Source of the DNA: Planctomycetota bacterium
GTDB lineage: Bacteria; Planctomycetota; Phycisphaerae; WQYP01
NCBI GenBank assembly: GCA_021851715.1
Contig: JAJZCR010000004.1
Span: 8,703 to 72,702, forward strand
Direction: 5' to 3'
DNA length: 64,000 nucleotides
The notes beneath the pieces were generated by a model. The model was not told the DNA's origin, did not search any database, and worked only from the letters and a program-made list of their open reading frames with translations. Position 1 is the first letter of the stretch; every line of letters begins with the position of its first letter. Both the position numbers and the translations under genes were made by a program. Below are positions 58,538 through 64,000 of the stretch, piece after piece.

Positions 58538-61500
58538 TCAAGCCGGAATAACATCCCCGTCAAAAATCTTCCGGGACGAATCCACTGCCGCCTCCGGAGG
58601 AGCCTCGGTGCGCTCCGCCACCATGCCCCGGCCCGGCCCGCGCAGGACTACCGGGCATTGATGCCAAAAGGTTTTGCCGGTTTCGGTAGCCAAGTCCACC
58701 ACGTTGATGGCCCGCCGAAGGGCAATGCAGACCTTGGCCGACGGTTCCTGGCTTTGGTCCATAATCTCCAGCTTGACGGGAATATTGCCTTTGCGCGCAG
58801 TGATAAACGCATCGAGTTCGGACAGCAGGCCCGGCTCGATAGCCATGGCCTGAAGGCGAATGGTGGCTTCACGAGTAAGTTTTTCCACCACATGTTTGAC
58901 GGTCAGCGCTTCACTGCACTGAAAGCTTGGCTCTTCGCGGGAACGGTCCACCCGTCCACGGAAAAACACTACCGTTTCCGGCACCAGCAAGGACGAATAT
59001 TTCTGATATTCGCCGCTGAACACCAACACCTTCATGCTGCCGCTTAAATCTTCCAGGGTCACGGTGGCCCATTTCTGGCCGACGCTGCGGCCAGTGCGGG
59101 CGATGCGCGTATCGATTTTCGCAATCAACCCACCGATAATGCCTTCCCGCCTGTCATCAGCGTTTTGAATGGTGCGGCTGTTAAAGGTGGTATAACCGGC
59201 CAGGAGTTCTTCCAGATCGCGCAAGGGATGGCTGCTGACATAAAAGCCCAGTGCGGTTTTTTCAAAGGCCATTTTCTGGCCCTGGCTCCATTCGGGCACG
59301 GTGGGCAATTTCAGCGACACCGGAGTTTGCACCGGGGAATTGCCGCCACCAAACAACGATTCCTGGCCCGAGCGCTTGGCATCCTGGGCCGCCGCTCCGC
59401 TTTGCATTGCACTTTCAATGGCGGTGGTGGTGGCTGCCCGATTGTTGTGCAGGGAGTCAAACGCCCCGCATTTGACCAGGGCCTCCATGACCGATTTATT
59501 CACCAACCGCAGGTCCACACGTTCACAAAAATCGTAAATGCTGGTGAAGGGACGTATCGCTGAACCGGCGTCATCGCCGCGCGCAGCCACAATCGATTCC
59601 ACCGCTTTACTGCCCACTCCTTTCACCGCCGCCAGGCCGAAACGGATGGTACCGTCCACAACGCCGAAATCCGCCGCACTGGAATTGATATCCGGCGGCA
59701 GCACGGCAATGCCGACTTTGCCGTCAGGACGGGTTAAAAAGCGGCACTCATCAATATTTTCCGTCAGCTTGGATTGATCGGTCATTTCAAAGGTGAGCTG
59801 GGCAGCCATGAATTGCAGCGGAAAATAAGTCTTCAGGTAGGCCGTCTGAAAGGCAATAATCGCATAGCGTGTTGAGTGGCTTTTGTTGAAGCCATATTTG
59901 CCGAACTCTTCAATCAATTCAAAAATCTCGGCCGCCGACTTTTCCTCCACGCCGTTGGCACTGGCCCCCTTGATGAAATTCACTTTTTCCGCGGCAATCA
60001 CCTCCACGTGCTTTTTACTGATGGCCTTGATGACCTTGTAGGCTTTGGCCAACGGTATACCGCCCAACTGGTTGAAAATGCGCATCACCTGTTCCTGGTA
60101 CACCATGATGCCGTAGGTTTCCTCCAGAATGCGGTCCATGACCGGATGCACCTTCGGCACGGGCTTGCGTTGGTGTTTGCGCGCGCAATAATCCGGAATC
60201 AGGTCCATCGGTCCAGGTCGAAACAGGGCATTGGCGGCGATGAGGTCTTCAATGCGATCAGGCTTCATCTTGATGAGCAGCTCACGCATGCCCGGCGATT
60301 CAAATTGAAATACCGCCTGTGTGCGGCCCTTTTGAAATATCTGCGTATACACCCGCTGGTCGGCAAGATCCACACCTTCAATATCCAGCCGCCCCGGCCG
60401 TCCCGGCAAAGTGGGATGGGCGGCCTGGACGGCCGACCCGTCCGGCCCAATGCACACGCGGTCGGGCAACCCTCCGCCATGGTCGCGTTCAATAAGATCC
60501 AATGCCCGTTCGATGATGGTGAGGGTCCGCAAACCCAAAAAGTCCATCTTCAGCAGGCCTACGGACTCGCACGTGGGACCGTCCCATTGGGTCATCACCT
60601 CCGGACCGTTTTTGTACAGCGGCACCACTTCATCCAGGGGCTTGTTGCACACAATGACTCCGGCGGCGTGCATCCCGGCGTTGCGGCACAGGCCTTCCAG
60701 GCGGCGGGCAATATCAATCACCCGTGCCACGGTCGGATCGCTTTGATAAAGCTTCTTTAAGTCCGACACCTGCATGGCGGCTGCCAGCTTGACATTCACG
60801 CCGGTGGGAATCAGTTTGGTTATCTTATCCACCTCGGGCAAGGGGACACCCAGTACGCGCCCCACATCTTTGACGGCGGCTTTCGCACCCAGGGTGGAAA
60901 AGGTGATGATCTGCGACACATTGCCGTACTTTTTGCGCACATAGTCAATGACCTTGTCCCGGCCATTCTGGCAAATATCAATGTCGATATCCGGCATTTC
61001 CGATCGGCTGGGATCCATGAATCGCTCAAAGAGCAGATCGTAGCGGATCGGATCGACATTGCACAGACCGAGTACGTATCCCACCAGCGTGCCCACGCCC
61101 GAACCCCTGGCCCCAACCGGTATTTTATTTTGCCGGGCGTAATTGCAGAAATCCCACACAATCAAAAAATAGCTGGAAAAACCTTTGCTCTCAATGACGG
61201 CAAGTTCCTGATCCAGCCGCTGGTTGATCGCTTCAACGGCCTGGCCGTAGCGTTCCACCACGCCGCGCCGGCAAAGCTGGCGCAGGTATTCATCGGGCGT
61301 GGGCGACCGACCGGTGGCGTCATCTACCGGCGGGTGATAGACCGGGGCGTGCCGCTGGGAAAAGTCCAGTGTAACATCGCACATCTCCGCGATTTTCAGC
61401 GTGGCGTCGCACGCTTCCGGAATATCCTTGAAGATGCGGCGCATTTCCGCGGGACTTTTCAGGTACAAGTGCCGGGAATAATGCAACCGGCCGGGGTCAT

Positions 61501-62203
61501 CCAACGTTTTGCCCATGCTGATACAGCATAAAACGTCGTGGGCGTCGTAATCTTTTTCCAGCAGGTAATGATGATCGTTGGTGGCCACCACAGGCGTGCC
61601 TGACCGCCGCGCCACTTCCATCAGTTGCGGAATCATCGCAATCTGCGCCGGATCATCGTGGTTCTGCAGTTCCACAAAAAAGTGCTCGCCGAAAATATCC
61701 TTGTATTGACCGGCTACGGCCACTGCGGCCTGGTAGTCATTGCGCTCCAGGCAGGCGGATATCTCCGTGCCAAAATGGCCGTTGATCACCACCAGGCCTT
61801 CGCGGTATTTCGCCAGAGTTTCCTTATCCACCCGCGGGCGGTAATAAAATCCTTCCAGATAGGCCAGACTGGCAAGCTTCAGCAAGTTCCGGTAGCCCGC
61901 CTCATTGCGGGCCAGTACCACCAGGTGATACGCGGCCTCGCTGATACCGTGGGCCTCTTTGTCAAAGCGCGAACCCGGTGCCACGTAAAACTCGCACCCG
62001 AGCAGCGGCTTGATACCCGCCGCTTTTGCCGTTTTGTAAAATTCCACCAGGCCAAATAAATTGCCGTGATCGGTCAAGCCCAGAGCCGGCATCTTCATCT
62101 CCGCGGCTTTCTCGCACAGGTCGCCAATGGTGGCCCCGCCGTCCAGCAGAGAATAATGGCTGTGGCCGTGCAGATGTACAAATGACTGGGAATAATCCGT
62201 CAT
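58538..62203 (-). CDS. dnaE: DNA polymerase III alpha subunit
   Basis: The PHP domain is FVHLHGHSHYSLLDG. Polymerase core motifs, an HhH region and an OB domain are present. An AAGGAGG SD lies upstream of ATG 62203. Confidence 0.95.
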   Translation of the reverse strand: MTDYSQSFVHLHGHSHYSLLDGGATIGDLCEKAAEMKMPALGLTDHGNLFGLVEFYKTAKAAGIKPLLGCEFYVAPGSRFDKEAHGISEAAYHLVVLARNEAGYRNLLKLASLAYLEGFYYRPRVDKETLAKYREGLVVINGHFGTEISACLERNDYQAAVAVAGQYKDIFGEHFFVELQNHDDPAQIAMIPQLMEVARRSGTPVVATNDHHYLLEKDYDAHDVLCCISMGKTLDDPGRLHYSRHLYLKSPAEMRRIFKDIPEACDATLKIAEMCDVTLDFSQRHAPVYHPPVDDATGRSPTPDEYLRQLCRRGVVERYGQAVEAINQRLDQELAVIESKGFSSYFLIVWDFCNYARQNKIPVGARGSGVGTLVGYVLGLCNVDPIRYDLLFERFMDPSRSEMPDIDIDICQNGRDKVIDYVRKKYGNVSQIITFSTLGAKAAVKDVGRVLGVPLPEVDKITKLIPTGVNVKLAAAMQVSDLKKLYQSDPTVARVIDIARRLEGLCRNAGMHAAGVIVCNKPLDEVVPLYKNGPEVMTQWDGPTCESVGLLKMDFLGLRTLTIIERALDLIERDHGGGLPDRVCIGPDGSAVQAAHPTLPGRPGRLDIEGVDLADQRVYTQIFQKGRTQAVFQFESPGMRELLIKMKPDRIEDLIAANALFRPGPMDLIPDYCARKHQRKPVPKVHPVMDRILEETYGIMVYQEQVMRIFNQLGGIPLAKAYKVIKAISKKHVEVIAAEKVNFIKGASANGVEEKSAAEIFELIEEFGKYGFNKSHSTRYAIIAFQTAYLKTYFPLQFMAAQLTFEMTDQSKLTENIDECRFLTRPDGKVGIAVLPPDINSSAADFGVVDGTIRFGLAAVKGVGSKAVESIVAARGDDAGSAIRPFTSIYDFCERVDLRLVNKSVMEALVKCGAFDSLHNNRAATTTAIESAMQSGAAAQDAKRSGQESLFGGGNSPVQTPVSLKLPTVPEWSQGQKMAFEKTALGFYVSSHPLRDLEELLAGYTTFNSRTIQNADDRREGIIGGLIAKIDTRIARTGRSVGQKWATVTLEDLSGSMKVLVFSGEYQKYSSLLVPETVVFFRGRVDRSREEPSFQCSEALTVKHVVEKLTREATIRLQAMAIEPGLLSELDAFITARKGNIPVKLEIMDQSQEPSAKVCIALRRAINVVDLATETGKTFWHQCPVVLRGPGRGMVAERTEAPPEAAVDSSRKIFDGDVIPA

Positions 62204-62242
62204 ATTTTTGATGCCTCCTTGCAGTACACCGGCAAGCCGCGG

Positions 62243-63379
62243 CTAAAGGCTCTCGCGCATCGCCCGTGGATCCAGCCCCACCTTTGCACACCAGTCGCGG
62301 TAGGCCTGCGGTGCTATTTCGCTCGGCTTGATCTCACTCCGCCCGCCCCAGAACACATTGGTATACCGAATCGGTATCCCCATCGCCGCCAGATGGCGAT
62401 CAATGGCGGCTTTGTGTTCCAGCAGCAGGTTTTTTTCTTTGCCGTGGGCCACCCCCATGATGTTGACATTGCCGAAATCCGGCCCGCCTTCACGCCAGTA
62501 GGCATGGGTCATAATATGAAACCGCCCCACCTGCTGCCCGGTTTCAATTTCCCGGCCCACCGGAGCCGCCCAGTGAAAAAGAGCGTTGTATTGTGTAACC
62601 CGTTCGCCGGTGGCCAGAGGCTTTACGTGTTCCAGAAACGTGGAAAATCTACCGATCACACCCAGCCGGGCCAGTTCTTCGGCCACTTCGCAAAAGGTGT
62701 TGAAATTCACCCCGGCCTGGCGGGCGCGGGGTTGCCATAAATCGCAGGATAATTCCTCCGGGGTAAATTCCCGCTTGAGTGCAACCAAAATTTTCCATTG
62801 GAGATCATTGAGTTTCACGATCTCCGTATCCAGCACCTCCGCAGGTACCTCGGCCATGCTGCCCGGGATCAAACCTTTGCGGCGAACATGGCCCACGCCC
62901 AGGGCAAAAAGGCGGCAGGCAGGCATTATTTTGTAAGACGTACCGCCCACGCGACCCAGGAGAAAATCACAGTGTTTCGCAAGGTCAAAGCCCTGCGGCA
63001 CTTTCAGTGTGGTCCAAAGCTTGAATTTAGACCCCGCCGTTTCGCCATCGGTGGAACGAATGACCACATGGCCGGAAAAAGGATCTTCCCGGAACATATA
63101 GTCAAAGGCCGCATTGAGTTGCTCCGGCGGAATCTGCCACGCCACCAGCGCCCCTTTGGCCAAATTGGTGGCCAGCAACGTTTGACGAATTCGGCGGATG
63201 ACTCCTGCACGCAGCATGGCCGACAGACGTTCGATGACGGTTTGAACCGGTACGCCGCTGAGCGCCGCAATTTTACCCAGCGGGTCACGCTGGAAGCCTT
63301 CAATGCGATCCTCTGAAACAGCCAGAATTCCGGCGTTGACCTTATCTTCAATTTCCACAGGAATACTGGCCAGGTTCAT
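62243..63379 (-). CDS. Tandem AsnC/Lrp-like protein, siroheme decarboxylase (NirDL / AhbA-AhbB fusion)-like
   Basis: There are two repeats of a winged-HTH plus effector-type domain. ALVAWQIPPEQLNAAFDYMFREDPFSGHVVIR and NALFHWAAPVGRE...HIMTHAYWR resemble the NirD/L/G/H-AhbA/B signature. I recognised this by eye only. Confidence 0.5.
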   Translation of the reverse strand: MNLASIPVEIEDKVNAGILAVSEDRIEGFQRDPLGKIAALSGVPVQTVIERLSAMLRAGVIRRIRQTLLATNLAKGALVAWQIPPEQLNAAFDYMFREDPFSGHVVIRSTDGETAGSKFKLWTTLKVPQGFDLAKHCDFLLGRVGGTSYKIMPACRLFALGVGHVRRKGLIPGSMAEVPAEVLDTEIVKLNDLQWKILVALKREFTPEELSCDLWQPRARQAGVNFNTFCEVAEELARLGVIGRFSTFLEHVKPLATGERVTQYNALFHWAAPVGREIETGQQVGRFHIMTHAYWREGGPDFGNVNIMGVAHGKEKNLLLEHKAAIDRHLAAMGIPIRYTNVFWGGRSEIKPSEIAPQAYRDWCAKVGLDPRAMRESL

Positions 63380-63457
63380 CCGATAGTCTCACATCTTGGA
63401 GTTCTTCTCGCGGCACAAAGTTACGTCCGGGGCCGGCCGCACAGATCCCTGTCCAGC

Positions 63458-63961
63458 CTAATAGCGGGACCCGTCGTGGCGGATATGCACCACCGGCTTG
63501 GCTCCATCCGGACCGAGAATATCACCCAGGGTGGCAATGCCAATGTACAGATCGTGGTCGGCTTGCAGATCCACCTTGTGGGAAAAATCGCACCAGAGAT
63601 AGGCGCACGCATCCAGCAGGATCACCCCCCCATTATCCAGTCGGCGGGTGGCCAGGCCGTCAAACGCTTCCGCACCGCTCAAGGCGTGCCGGGCAAACCG
63701 CCGCAGCAGGTTCTTGTCGCCGGCGTGGCAGACATTGATAACAAAGCCCCGATTTTCTTCGATCAGTTGCCCGATGGATCGCCCGTTGTGCAGGCTAACG
63801 CCGATGCACAGCGGCTCAAAACTTAACTGCTGCACAAACGAAACCAGTGTTGCCGATGCCGCCTCTCCGCTGCCCGCGGTCAACACAAAAAGGCCCGTGG
63901 CAATTTTTCCCACTGCTTTAAGCAACGGTAAAACGGGGTCAACGGTACTGTCAATAATCAA
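63458..63961 (-). CDS. Flavin reductase-like (FMN-binding split-barrel) protein
   Basis: ATGLFVLTAGSGEAASATLVSFVQQLSFEPLCIGVSL is typical of flavin reductase domain proteins. It has a TTG start. Confidence 0.65.
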   Translation of the reverse strand: MIIDSTVDPVLPLLKAVGKIATGLFVLTAGSGEAASATLVSFVQQLSFEPLCIGVSLHNGRSIGQLIEENRGFVINVCHAGDKNLLRRFARHALSGAEAFDGLATRRLDNGGVILLDACAYLWCDFSHKVDLQADHDLYIGIATLGDILGPDGAKPVVHIRHDGSRY

Positions 63962-64000
63962 AACAAAACTCCGAGCAGTATCAGCCGATCAGGCAGCGAC

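Noticed and set aside
1-64000. Search for CRISPR arrays, IS/transposase genes, integrases and rRNA
   Set aside because: No regularly spaced direct repeats and no transposase, integrase or reverse-transcriptase-like ORFs were seen. The only tandem repeat is a 2 x 13-mer.

Overview
This is a GC-rich bacterial chromosomal window. From about 6.8 kb to the right edge it is a dense, ordinary core-genome neighbourhood. It carries rne, murA, glgP, an aldo/keto reductase, a ubiE-ubiX-UbiA-type prenyltransferase cluster, an OprO/P-like porin, tRNA-Leu(CAG) and a GAF-PAS-GGDEF-EAL sensor. It also carries greA, nadK, yebC, hemC, pheT, clpC, phosphoketolase, GH2 and GH38 glycosidases, rho, metK, dnaE and a siroheme-decarboxylase-like gene. 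The gene content (a PSCyt1-type membrane cytochrome c, a TonB_C protein, a porin ending in Phe) suggests a Gram-negative PVC-type organism, Verrucomicrobiota/Planctomycetota-like; this is inference only. The stand-out is the left 6.3 kb. It is a co-directional, tightly coupled operon whose synonymous-codon usage is visibly different from the rest. It contains the tail of an unseen gene, a 152-aa orphan protein and a 1846-aa SF2 DEAH helicase with many Zn-ribbons and a C-terminal DUF1998/MrfA-type Zn module (DruE/DrmA+B-like). It ends with a decayed N-terminal stub of a Cas4/RecB-like PD-(D/E)XK nuclease at an abrupt compositional junction near 6320-6340. I read this as the right end of a horizontally acquired candidate anti-phage island. 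Its visible partner genes do not match canonical Druantia or DISARM layouts as I recall them, and the remainder lies left of the window. The second notable signal is a small dispersed intergenic repeat family with three copies (6649-6800, 17387-17506, 45117-45167), a conserved hairpin and a 28-nt exact core. I saw no CRISPR array, transposase, integrase or rRNA. Many start codons are uncertain by tens of nucleotides, and all functional calls rest on motif recognition by eye, not on searches.
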